From Promethearchaeum syntrophicum (GTDB lineage Archaea; Asgardarchaeota; Lokiarchaeia; Sigyniarchaeales; Promethearchaeaceae), in NCBI RefSeq assembly GCF_008000775.2, contig NZ_CP042905.2:690001-722000 (forward strand): a stretch of 32,000 nt of DNA, given 5' to 3'. Numbering within the stretch: the first letter of the stretch is position 1; each line of letters opens with the position of its first letter. Under the pieces are notes generated by a model. The model ran no database searches. It had not been told where the DNA came from and saw only the letters and a program-made list of their open reading frames with translations. Below are positions 7,467 to 15,229 of the stretch, one piece after another. The position numbers and the translations under genes are program-made.

Positions 7467-8000
7467 CTATTTTTTCTTCTCGTTAGAGCTTTCCAATTCT
7501 TTTTTCATTAATTTCTCTCTAAATTCTTTGGCTTCAGCTTGAATTTGGGCTAAATATTTTTCTTTTGAAAATTCTTCGACAACTTGAAGTCTATTTTTCT
7601 CTGATTTCTGAGTAATTAATTTCTGATGAGTTATTGGATGCATTTGATGCCACCCAATCCAAATTAAAGCCATTCCGATAAGAATCATCCAAAATGTTGA
7701 AATTGTGACTATACCCCATTCAAAATTAAAAAAATCTACCTCGTATATCGTTTCTAACCATGACGGTGGGATATTATCCGATTGCATATAATAAAGATTT
7801 AGGGGAATTGTGATTATCATCCACGGTAATACGATTAACCAAAATAAAATTTGACCGAAGCCAATAAATCGTCCGTATTTTTGCTCTAACATTATAATCA
7901 CAATAAAAATCTTAATAAAGATAAATGTTGAAAATAAATAAGATTTTTGCGATAAGTGTTTGTAAATATTAGCTAAGATATTCAAAATAAGATTTTTCAA
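7467..8000 (-). CDS. hypothetical membrane protein with C-terminal coiled-coil tail
   Basis: 177-aa ORF that starts with TTG. An ATG at 7892 (MLEQKYGRF..) would give 141 aa. Two clear hydrophobic helices (ILFWLIVLPWMIITIPL; VTISTFWMILIGMALIWIGW), then a K/E-rich helical tail. Confidence 0.5.
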   Translation of the reverse strand: MKNLILNILANIYKHLSQKSYLFSTFIFIKIFIVIIMLEQKYGRFIGFGQILFWLIVLPWMIITIPLNLYYMQSDNIPPSWLETIYEVDFFNFEWGIVTISTFWMILIGMALIWIGWHQMHPITHQKLITQKSEKNRLQVVEEFSKEKYLAQIQAEAKEFREKLMKKELESSNEKKK

Positions 8001-8046
8001 ATTCCATCTTTTTTAGAAAAAAGGTAACATAGGTTTTTATTAAATC

Positions 8047-9810
8047 ATGTTGAATTGCCAATTAATTATAATACTATTGGTGAATGATATGTTATTACTA
8101 AATCCAAATAATCATAATCGAGAATATGTTGATGAAGACTCCAAAGAAATCATGGTTAAAACCATTAAATTCTTTGAAGAACGAGGGAAAACGCTTCTAT
8201 TAAAAGATGAATTTGATCGGGTGTGGTACCAAGATTTCCTTGATTTTATAAAAAAGGAGAAAATTTTTTACAAATTACTAACCCCCGAAAAATATGGGGA
8301 CGGAACCACGAGGTGGGATACATGGAGAAATTGCGAGTTTAATGAAATTTTAGGCTTCTATGGCCTTCAATATTGGTATACTTGGCAAGTATCAATATTG
8401 GGCTTGGGTCCTATCTGGATAAGTCAGAATGAAAAAGTGAAAAAGCAAACGGCCGAATATTTGAAAAATGGTGAAATTTTTGCTTTCGGTTTATCTGAAA
8501 AGGAGCATGGAGCGGATATTTATTCCTCCGAAATGAAATTAACTCAGATTTCTGAAGGGAATTATACGGCACGAGGCTCTAAATACTACATTGGAAATGG
8601 AAATCAAGCCGCATATGTGTCAATTTTTGGAAAATCCAATCCACCAACCAATCCAGAAGATAAGAAATATGGGGATTATGTTTTCTTTGTAGTAAATAGC
8701 CAACATGAAAAATATGAATGTGTCCAAAATCTAGTAGCCACCTCTTCCTATGTTGCAGAATATAATCTAAACGATTATCCTATCACCGAAGATGATATTT
8801 TAGCAAAGGGAAGAAATGCCTGGGATATGTCTTTAAATACAGTTAATATTGGAAAGTTCAACTTAGGATGGGGTTCCATTGGAATCTGTACACATGCATT
8901 CTATGAATCTATTAATCACGCATCACATCGCAATCTGTTTGATCATTATGTGACCGATTTTCCTCATATCAGGCAATTCTTTGTCGATGCATATTGTAGA
9001 TTAACAGCAATGAAATTATTTGCCCTTCGAGGATCGGATTATATGCGAACTGCATCACCAGAAGATCGGCGATATCTCTTATATGATCCTATGGTTAAAA
9101 TGAAAGTCACAACTCAAGGGGAGGAAGTAATAAATCTCTTATGGGAAATTATTGCTGCTAAAGGATTCGAAAAGAACACTTACTTTTCCTTAGCTGCTCG
9201 TGATATTCGAGCTTTACCTAAGTTAGAAGGGACTGTTCATGTCAATATGGCTCTTATTGTGAAATTCATGGCAAATTATTTCTTCAAACATGCAGAATAT
9301 CCATACGTGGAAAAACAAATGGATGCAAAAAATGATGATTTTCTCTTCAATCAAGGAGGCACCAGTGGTTTGAGCAAGATTCGATTCCATGATTATTCGA
9401 TAGTCTACAAAAGTAAAGATTTACCCAACATCAAAATATTTCGAAAACAAATAGCTATGTTTAAACTCATGTTAATGGGAGCCAGACCATCCAAAGAACA
9501 AGCGAAAGATTTTGATTTTCTCTTTATCATGGGTGAATTGTTTACATTAGTTGTATATGGCCAAATGATTATCGAAAATGCTGCTATTTACAAAATTGAA
9601 GATGATTTATTGGATCAGATTTTTGATTTCATGATTAGGGATTTTTCAAAATTTGCATTACAATTATATTCAAAGCCACAAGCAACAACATTGCAAAGAT
9701 GGTTTGCTAAACGGATGTTGAAAAAACCGAAAGTAAATGTAGCCCGTTTTAATAAAATCTGGAAAGAACACGTGTTTAAATTGAAAGATTTATACACCAT
9801 GAAAGAATAA
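8047..9810 (+). CDS. acyl-CoA dehydrogenase-fold family protein (long form)
   Basis: 587 aa (alternative ATG at 8089). Middle-domain pattern FAFGLSEKEHGADIYS....ARGSKYYIGNGNQAAYVSIF and C-terminal RDIRALPKLEGTVHVNMALI resemble ACAD signatures (G.TEp.aGSD / G.K.fI.ng / RD.r...i.EGT..i). Confidence 0.65.
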   Translation: MLNCQLIIILLVNDMLLLNPNNHNREYVDEDSKEIMVKTIKFFEERGKTLLLKDEFDRVWYQDFLDFIKKEKIFYKLLTPEKYGDGTTRWDTWRNCEFNEILGFYGLQYWYTWQVSILGLGPIWISQNEKVKKQTAEYLKNGEIFAFGLSEKEHGADIYSSEMKLTQISEGNYTARGSKYYIGNGNQAAYVSIFGKSNPPTNPEDKKYGDYVFFVVNSQHEKYECVQNLVATSSYVAEYNLNDYPITEDDILAKGRNAWDMSLNTVNIGKFNLGWGSIGICTHAFYESINHASHRNLFDHYVTDFPHIRQFFVDAYCRLTAMKLFALRGSDYMRTASPEDRRYLLYDPMVKMKVTTQGEEVINLLWEIIAAKGFEKNTYFSLAARDIRALPKLEGTVHVNMALIVKFMANYFFKHAEYPYVEKQMDAKNDDFLFNQGGTSGLSKIRFHDYSIVYKSKDLPNIKIFRKQIAMFKLMLMGARPSKEQAKDFDFLFIMGELFTLVVYGQMIIENAAIYKIEDDLLDQIFDFMIRDFSKFALQLYSKPQATTLQRWFAKRMLKKPKVNVARFNKIWKEHVFKLKDLYTMKE

Positions 9811-9972
9811 ACAGGTTTTCTAAAATTTTTTTTTTTAAGTTTTTTTCTGCTTTTGAAGAAATCTCACTGGGCTATATTTCTATTTTAATTTCATAAAAGG
9901 AACAAGAGGAGGTGAACTTAACATCTCAGTGAAAACATATAAATAAAAAAGTTCTAAAAAAAAAATAAAAAA

Positions 9973-10302
9973 TTACTCAGTTTTCTCTTCTGCTTTTGCA
10001 GCAGCTTCTTCAGCTTCTAACTCTTCTTCTAACTCTTCCAAAGGAACTGGAGGTGGCGTAGTTATCATACTATAGCCAATCCAAGCAGCTAACAAGCCGA
10101 TACAAATGATTCCGAGCGTCAAAGGTATCACAACTGCCCATTGCCAATTGAAACCCGCAATTGCATAAAGTCCAGAAAGACCTGTCATTGTGTCTGGGTG
10201 GTGCGAATATAATAAGGAAATTGGCCCCCAGAAGATATAGAAGACTATCAGAAGTAACCCGAAAAGGAAAATAACAAATCCAAATGCTTTATCTTTAGCC
10301 AT
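9973..10302 (-). CDS. small membrane protein with acidic C-terminal tail
   Basis: 109 aa. Hydrophobic helices FGFVIFLFGLLLIVFYIFWG and WAVVIPLTLGIICIGLLAAWIGYSMI, a proline hinge PPPVP, then EELEEELEAEEAAAKAEEKTE. Visibly more G+C-rich than its neighbours. TATA-like palindrome upstream. Confidence 0.6.
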   Translation of the reverse strand: MAKDKAFGFVIFLFGLLLIVFYIFWGPISLLYSHHPDTMTGLSGLYAIAGFNWQWAVVIPLTLGIICIGLLAAWIGYSMITTPPPVPLEELEEELEAEEAAAKAEEKTE

Positions 10303-10327
10303 ATTTTTTCATCTCAATTTTATTATG

Positions 10328-10347
10328 TTGAGGATTTAAATCCTTAA
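10328..10347. promoter_or_regulatory. 20-bp near-palindrome TTGAGGATTTAAATCCTTAA centred on a TTTAAA TATA-like core
   Basis: Perfect 14-bp palindrome AGGATTTAAATCCT (10331-10344), located 26-45 nt upstream of the start codon at 10302 (minus strand). The spacing fits a TATA box with a short leader. Confidence 0.35.
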
Positions 10348-10398
10348 TTTTTAACAAATTTTCTAGATAATAAAAACCAATCCTTTTTAACCAATTTG

Positions 10399-10737
10399 TT
10401 ATTCTGGAAAAGAGTAATCTTTGAAAAAGCTACTTTTTTGAATTTCTGTTCCACAATTTTCACAAACAATTGAATTTGAATCTTTAATAAGGGGTTTTAA
10501 TTCTTTTGGGATGGGAAATTCGCAGAATGGGCAAAACAACTCTAAATTTGGATCAAATGGTTTATTTTTTTTTATTCTTTTTGGTTGTTCTTCATTTAAT
10601 TGCTTTTTTATACCTTGATATGTTTCTTTTGCGATTTCTTTGGTTTTTGTGAATTCGTCCTTTATTTTTTTTTTTATATCTTCCCAAGATCGTTTATTAT
10701 TTCCTTTTTTTCTATCCGAGTATGCCAAGGTTTTCAC
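10399..10737 (-). CDS. zinc-ribbon protein with lysine-rich N-terminal half
   Basis: 112 aa. CPFCEFPIP...18 aa...CENCGTEI (CxxC-x-CxxC), preceded by a K/E-rich, probably helical region. Confidence 0.55.
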   Translation of the reverse strand: MKTLAYSDRKKGNNKRSWEDIKKKIKDEFTKTKEIAKETYQGIKKQLNEEQPKRIKKNKPFDPNLELFCPFCEFPIPKELKPLIKDSNSIVCENCGTEIQKSSFFKDYSFPE

Positions 10738-10803
10738 TTTTTTAAAGGGATTCTTATTTTCAAAGGGTTTAATTGTTTTAATTTGTGTTTAGCATGATCG
10801 ATA

Positions 10804-11571
10804 TTACTTTTCATTTAATTGGTAAAAAATAATTGATCGTTTTTCTAAAATTGACAATTCATTTAATAATTTTTTGCATACAAGTAATTTTTTTTTTTTT
10901 GTTGGGGTTAGAGCTTGATCCTGGGTATATTCATTTTTTGAAAAGACTCCGATTTTATTTTCAAACTCATAGCCAAACAGAATAAAATCTTGGTCATTAG
11001 GTGCTAAAATATGGCAAAAATAAATGCCACGATCTCCATCCGTAAAACCCCCTGGATTTATAATAGGATAACGACTTTTAACTTGCGTAGTGCAAATAAT
11101 ATTCTCACTAACTCTTGAAAGAATTGACTTAAAATTTTGTAATTTTTTGATATTGTCCCCGTGTCCATGGATAATAATCGTTGATTTTAGTTTTATGAAA
11201 TTTTCTATTTGGTTATAATTTAAACCATCTAAATCCGAAAAAATCAAATCGGGGATGATAGAAAAATTTTCTAAAGCTCTGGCTGAACCGTCTGCTGCCA
11301 CTATAAAATATTTGTTTCTGTTTGATTTTATTTTTTCTTCAATAAATCTTAAATGTTCAATTAAATTCGGGCCTGCTCCAAAGAAAAAAAGACTCTTATC
11401 AATCATTTTTTCTTCGATAGATTTTATTTTTTCTTCGGGATCGTAATTTTTTCTGAATTCATACAAAATATCGCGCGCTTTGACATCTTTCTCCTTATCA
11501 TATTTGAAGATTTGTAAAACCCGTTCATAAATTTCATTTGCTTTATGATAATTGATTAATTCTGAATTCAT
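10804..11571 (-). CDS. mptE: MptE-like 6-hydroxymethyl-7,8-dihydropterin pyrophosphokinase (DUF115 family)
   Basis: 255 aa. Ordered motifs FFFGAGPN, VAADGSARAL, IFSDLDG, IHGHGDN, CTTQ, NPGGFTDGDRG match the DUF115/MptE pattern as I remember it. Confidence 0.7.
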   Translation of the reverse strand: MNSELINYHKANEIYERVLQIFKYDKEKDVKARDILYEFRKNYDPEEKIKSIEEKMIDKSLFFFGAGPNLIEHLRFIEEKIKSNRNKYFIVAADGSARALENFSIIPDLIFSDLDGLNYNQIENFIKLKSTIIIHGHGDNIKKLQNFKSILSRVSENIICTTQVKSRYPIINPGGFTDGDRGIYFCHILAPNDQDFILFGYEFENKIGVFSKNEYTQDQALTPTKKKKLLVCKKLLNELSILEKRSIIFYQLNEK

Positions 11572-11594
11572 CGATCAAAAGAATCAAACAAAAA

Positions 11595-11622
11595 GTAAAA
11601 ATCTAAGTAAAAATCTAAGTAA
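11595..11622. repeat. short tandem repeat, GTAAAAATCTAA x2 plus a partial third copy
   Basis: Read directly: gtaaaaatctaa gtaaaaatctaa gtaa, in the divergent intergenic region between the MptE-like gene (-) and the NAD-kinase-family gene (+). Confidence 0.8.
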
Positions 11623-11678
11623 TATTCAATGCAAATTTTCAAATTTTATCAGCCATTGTTAATAGATGAATTGGAAAT

Positions 11679-12821
11679 ATGTTTAAAATTGGATTAATTG
11701 TCAATCCTATTGCAGGAATCGGGGGTACTGTCGGACTTAAAGGATCTGACGGATTAGAAATCTTAAATCAAGCAAGAGAAAGAGGTGGTTTAATACAAGC
11801 ACCTAAAAGAACAGAAGAATTTCTTATCGAACTCAAAGCAATTATCGATGATATCAAGATTTATACTTTAAAAGGTGTAATGGGGGGAGATATTGCTATA
11901 AAAGAGGGATTTAAAACAGAATTTCTTATGATTGAAGGAATTCCGACTTCAACTAATCTTTTTGAAACAAATCCTTCGTTTACCATAGAAACTGCAAAAA
12001 AAATGAAAGATCTCAAAATGGATTTGATAATTTTTGTAGGGGGTGATGGAACCGCAAGAGACATTTTTGAATCGGTTGGTTCCGAAATTCCTTGCCTTGG
12101 AATCCCTTCAGGGGTGAAAATAAACTCAAGTGTATTTGCCGTAAATCCTAAAGCAGCCGCAAAATTATTGATTGAATTTTATAATGGTCACGCCCACCTT
12201 AGAGAATCAGAAGTTTTAGATATTGATGAATCTGCTTTTCGTGATAATCGTGTTGTTTCAAAATTCTATGGATATCTTTCAACTCCATATTTACCCACAT
12301 TAAGTCAACCCTCAAAAATGGCGAGTCCACAAACATTGGAAGAAAAAAATAATCAATTGAGAATTGCAGATTGGATAGTGAAACAGATGGATAATTCAGG
12401 AATAGATTATTATTATTTATTAGGACCTGGTACTACTGTTAGGGCAATAGCTGAGGTTTTGGATCAAGATAAGACATTGTTAGGTGTTGATCTGTTTCAT
12501 AAGAAAAAGTGTATTGCTATGGATTTAAATGAACAACAGATAATAAAAAATATCGAAAATAGGAAGGTTAAACTTGTTGTAACTCCAATTGGGGCTCAAG
12601 GATTCGTATTCGGTAGAGGAAATCTTCAGTTGAGTCCAAAAATTCTCATGAAAATTGGGTTAGAAAATATTATCATCATAGCTACCAAATATAAAATTTC
12701 AAGTTTACCGAATGGAAAATTACGAATAGATTCACGAGATTCCACTTTTGATGAAAAATTTACAGGTTTACATAGAGTATTGGCTGATTTTGGAGAAATA
12801 AATATTATTGAAGTGAAATAA
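11679..12821 (+). CDS. ATP-NAD kinase family protein (COG3199-like)
   Basis: 380 aa. N-terminus KIGLIVNPIAGIGG, the diacylglycerol/NAD-kinase motif FVGGDGTARD, and IPCLGIPSGVKINS. Confidence 0.7.
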   Translation: MFKIGLIVNPIAGIGGTVGLKGSDGLEILNQARERGGLIQAPKRTEEFLIELKAIIDDIKIYTLKGVMGGDIAIKEGFKTEFLMIEGIPTSTNLFETNPSFTIETAKKMKDLKMDLIIFVGGDGTARDIFESVGSEIPCLGIPSGVKINSSVFAVNPKAAAKLLIEFYNGHAHLRESEVLDIDESAFRDNRVVSKFYGYLSTPYLPTLSQPSKMASPQTLEEKNNQLRIADWIVKQMDNSGIDYYYLLGPGTTVRAIAEVLDQDKTLLGVDLFHKKKCIAMDLNEQQIIKNIENRKVKLVVTPIGAQGFVFGRGNLQLSPKILMKIGLENIIIIATKYKISSLPNGKLRIDSRDSTFDEKFTGLHRVLADFGEINIIEVK

Positions 12822-12825
12822 ATGA

Positions 12826-12839
12826 TTCGGGAAACCGAA
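12826..12839. terminator. small hairpin TTCGG-GAAA-CCGAA between convergent genes
   Basis: 5-bp stem with a GAAA loop, read directly, 5 nt after the stop codon of the 11679..12821 gene. Function uncertain, since archaeal termination does not require hairpins. Confidence 0.15.
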
Positions 12840-12863
12840 ATAGAAGATTGAAAAAAAGTAAAT

Positions 12864-13334
12864 TCAAGTTTCAATTTTTCCTGATTTTACCCCAATCATA
12901 TATTGAAGTATTGAAAAACCAGCAAAGGCTAAAAATGCGCCAAGAATGTAGATCTTTATTGCATAACCATAATTAAAACTATGTTTTGTTGCATTATAAA
13001 GTAACAAAAATCCAAGCCCTGCAATGTATATAAGAAATCCAGCTACTAACGATTCGATAATAAATGCTTCATTAGTTGTGGGGTAAAGAAAAATTGCATT
13101 TCCTTGAGCATCTCCTCCAACAGTAACTGTATCACGAATCCCGATATAGATACCACCTAATACTAAATAAAACAAAAACACATAGGTTAGTATTAAAATT
13201 AAGCTTTTCCCTGGTGTTGGTAAACTTAAGCTACCCTCTCGAGCTTCTGGGAATTTTACTTTTGGGATACGGATAACTTCGCCCATAACCCAAGGTATTT
13301 TTTCACCAAATTTTAATTGCAGAGTTTCACTCAT
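12864..13334 (-). CDS. OSTC/DC2-like (OST3/OST6 family) membrane protein
   Basis: The ORF track gives 12864..13355. The ATG at 13334 (MSETLQLKFG..) lies about 27 nt downstream of a TTATAA box (13358-13363), which fits a leaderless mRNA. Three to four TM helices. FLFYLVLGGIYIGIR and FIIESLVAGFLIYIAGLGFLLLYN align by eye with human OSTC YFLITGGIIYDVI and [23 protein letters not shown] (recalled from memory). Confidence 0.55.
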   Translation of the reverse strand: MSETLQLKFGEKIPWVMGEVIRIPKVKFPEAREGSLSLPTPGKSLILILTYVFLFYLVLGGIYIGIRDTVTVGGDAQGNAIFLYPTTNEAFIIESLVAGFLIYIAGLGFLLLYNATKHSFNYGYAIKIYILGAFLAFAGFSILQYMIGVKSGKIET

Positions 13335-13360
13335 CAAATTTAAAAGCCAACACATTCTTA

Positions 13361-13392
13361 TAAGGATTTTTGATCAATTATTTTAATCCTTA
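13361..13392. promoter_or_regulatory. inverted repeat TAAGGATT-N16-AATCCTTA with an inner TTGATCAA palindrome
   Basis: Read directly. It lies between the RadA-paralogue stop (13419) and the OSTC-like start, and overlaps or abuts the TTATAA TATA-like box. Confidence 0.3.
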
Positions 13393-13418
13393 AATCAATC
13401 AAAATAATGGTCGTGAGA

Positions 13419-14396
13419 TTAATAAATATCAATTATCCCTTCAGTAGTAATTAAAAATTGGGATATCTCCTCGGAATTAGATTCACTATTTACAAGATGA
13501 GCAAATCTTCTTCCCGAATTTTCTGGCATAGATGTAAATTGAGGATTTTCTCCAAGAAGGATCCATTCTTTAATATACGTATTTAGTGTAGTCGATAAAA
13601 TTGGGACAATATCGAAGAAATTGAAATTGTTCAAAGTAGATGATACTTGGGATGTACATAGAATAGGTATATTGAATTTTATTGCTAAATTTGATAGTTT
13701 ACGAAGAATTTGAGAGAATTCGGTAATAATTAAATTCACTTCTTTTTCTTTTTTTGCAATTTCAAGTCGAACGAAATTTGTAAGTGAATCAATTGCTATG
13801 AATTTTATCTTATAATCTAAGAGAATTTCTTCTACTTTGGAAAACGCTAGTTTTAATTCTGAATTAGATTGAATTTGTATGATATAAATCCTCCTTAACA
13901 CGTCATCTACTGGTAAACCCTTAGCATTAGCCATCTGTTGAATTCTTTCAGGTCTGAAGGTTCCTTCAGTATCAATAAATAAAGATACATATTTAGGCAA
14001 TTTTTCTTGAAATTGATCATACGAATTTACACAACATTGATGCGCGATTTGACTTTTTCCCGAACGGAATTTACCATAGAGAAGTGTCATTTTTCTTGAC
14101 GGAACCCCTTTCGTTAATAGAAGTCTATCTAAATTGATTGAACCTGTTGTTAAATGCCATGATGATTTCGTTAAATTAAAATATTCCTTGGATACTAGCT
14201 GATTTTTTTTTTTATAATTATTCATAATTTCTTCCAAATCGGCCGAATTAACAGTTAAATCGGGTTTTAAATCTAGAACCTTCTTTATTTCGTTTCTATT
14301 AAGCAAACCTAAAAATGAAGGATTAATCCACCCTTTTTCCTTTAATTTATTAAATAGAACTTGATCAATTTCTTCTAAATTTTTTAGGGAATTCAT
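13419..14396 (-). CDS. RadA/Rad51-family recombinase paralogue (divergent)
   Basis: 325 aa. Walker A GKFRSGKSQ, the Rad51/RadA-specific block FIDTEGTFRPERI, Walker B KFIAIDSLT, and an N-terminal helical domain (LFNKLKEKGWINPSFLGLL). The C-terminal third is degenerate relative to canonical RadA. Confidence 0.8.
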   Translation of the reverse strand: MNSLKNLEEIDQVLFNKLKEKGWINPSFLGLLNRNEIKKVLDLKPDLTVNSADLEEIMNNYKKKNQLVSKEYFNLTKSSWHLTTGSINLDRLLLTKGVPSRKMTLLYGKFRSGKSQIAHQCCVNSYDQFQEKLPKYVSLFIDTEGTFRPERIQQMANAKGLPVDDVLRRIYIIQIQSNSELKLAFSKVEEILLDYKIKFIAIDSLTNFVRLEIAKKEKEVNLIITEFSQILRKLSNLAIKFNIPILCTSQVSSTLNNFNFFDIVPILSTTLNTYIKEWILLGENPQFTSMPENSGRRFAHLVNSESNSEEISQFLITTEGIIDIY

Positions 14397-14479
14397 AATA
14401 ATTGTTACCCCTACTTCTACAATAAAACTCTCGATTTTTTTAATTTTCCAATATTTCTATTTCATAAAATTTTTTTAAA

Positions 14480-15229
14480 ATGGTTCGTTTAAATAAACTA
14501 CAAATGGCTAAAAAGAAAACAGCGACAAAAAAGAAAATATCAAAGAAATCTACAAAAAAAAAGAGTTCTAAAAAAACAAGTTCCAAGAAAACTTCCAAGA
14601 AATCATCTTCACCCAAAGCTGTTTCAAAAAAAATAAAATCAAAAAAAACTTCTAAAACAACAACATCTAAATCAAATACTAAATCATCTGTTAAGAAGAT
14701 GAATTATTCAGAAATTGATAAATATATTATGGAAATGCTCGAATTTCATCCACAACTTTTTACTGATGAGATAAAAATCCAATTAGATCTTACTGATTCA
14801 GAATTAAATAAAGCAATAAAACGTCTTAAAAGTAAGAAGAAGATAATAAAAAAATCAATCATGGAAGGATCTAAGTGGAATACTGCTTTATTCAAAATAG
14901 ATAATTATGGATTAAGCCCAAAACCAAAAAAAAAGGCGGTTTTAGTTTGGGATACTGCTAATGATTGTCCTTGTTTTCTGTGTCCGGTAATTTATAAGTG
15001 TTCTTCAGGGCAAAACTATAATAATCCAAGAAGTTGTGATTACTTATCAAATTGGTTAGAAGCTTCAGTTAATGATATTCCTTATGTATCGCCATTTCAT
15101 CCAAATTTCGAGTTGAAAAAGAAGAAAAGTAAATCTAGCATTACCAAAGAAAAGGAAAAAGAATTGGAAAGGGAAAAGGAAAAAGAACTAAAGAAAGAAA
15201 AAGAAAAAGCATTAAAAGTTGTAAATTAA
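14480..15229 (+). CDS. TFE-beta / RNA polymerase III RPC34-like protein (winged helix + Cys cluster) with lysine-rich tails
   Basis: 249 aa. Residues ~74-140 look like a winged helix (..LNKAIKRLKSKKKIIKK.....KWNTALFKI). CPCFLCPVIYKCSSGQNYNNPRSCDYLSNWL matches my recollection of the RPC34/TFE-beta Fe-S motif C-G-x-C-P-V-x3-C-x2-G-G-x5-C-x-Y-x3-W-L. The N-terminal ~70 aa are almost pure K/S/T. The C-terminus is a KEKEKELE repeat. Confidence 0.6.
   Translation: MVRLNKLQMAKKKTATKKKISKKSTKKKSSKKTSSKKTSKKSSSPKAVSKKIKSKKTSKTTTSKSNTKSSVKKMNYSEIDKYIMEMLEFHPQLFTDEIKIQLDLTDSELNKAIKRLKSKKKIIKKSIMEGSKWNTALFKIDNYGLSPKPKKKAVLVWDTANDCPCFLCPVIYKCSSGQNYNNPRSCDYLSNWLEASVNDIPYVSPFHPNFELKKKKSKSSITKEKEKELEREKEKELKKEKEKALKVVN

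Noticed and set aside
9906-9915. Orphan strong Shine-Dalgarno-like GAGGAGGTGA in the 9811-9972 intergenic region
   Set aside because: No ATG, GTG or TTG at a workable distance opens a frame longer than a few codons on either strand. It is probably chance or part of a 3' UTR. Not enough to call a gene or an RNA.
11595-11622. 12-bp tandem repeat considered as a possible CRISPR or mini-array
   Set aside because: Only about 2.3 directly adjacent copies with no spacers, and too short for CRISPR repeats. It is annotated simply as a tandem repeat.
9615-12874. Antisense ORFs 9615..9800, 10600..10797, 11255..11446, 11861..12064, 12626..12874
   Set aside because: Each is embedded antisense in a longer ORF with recognisable motifs. 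Their hydrophobic low-complexity translations are typical of shadow frames.
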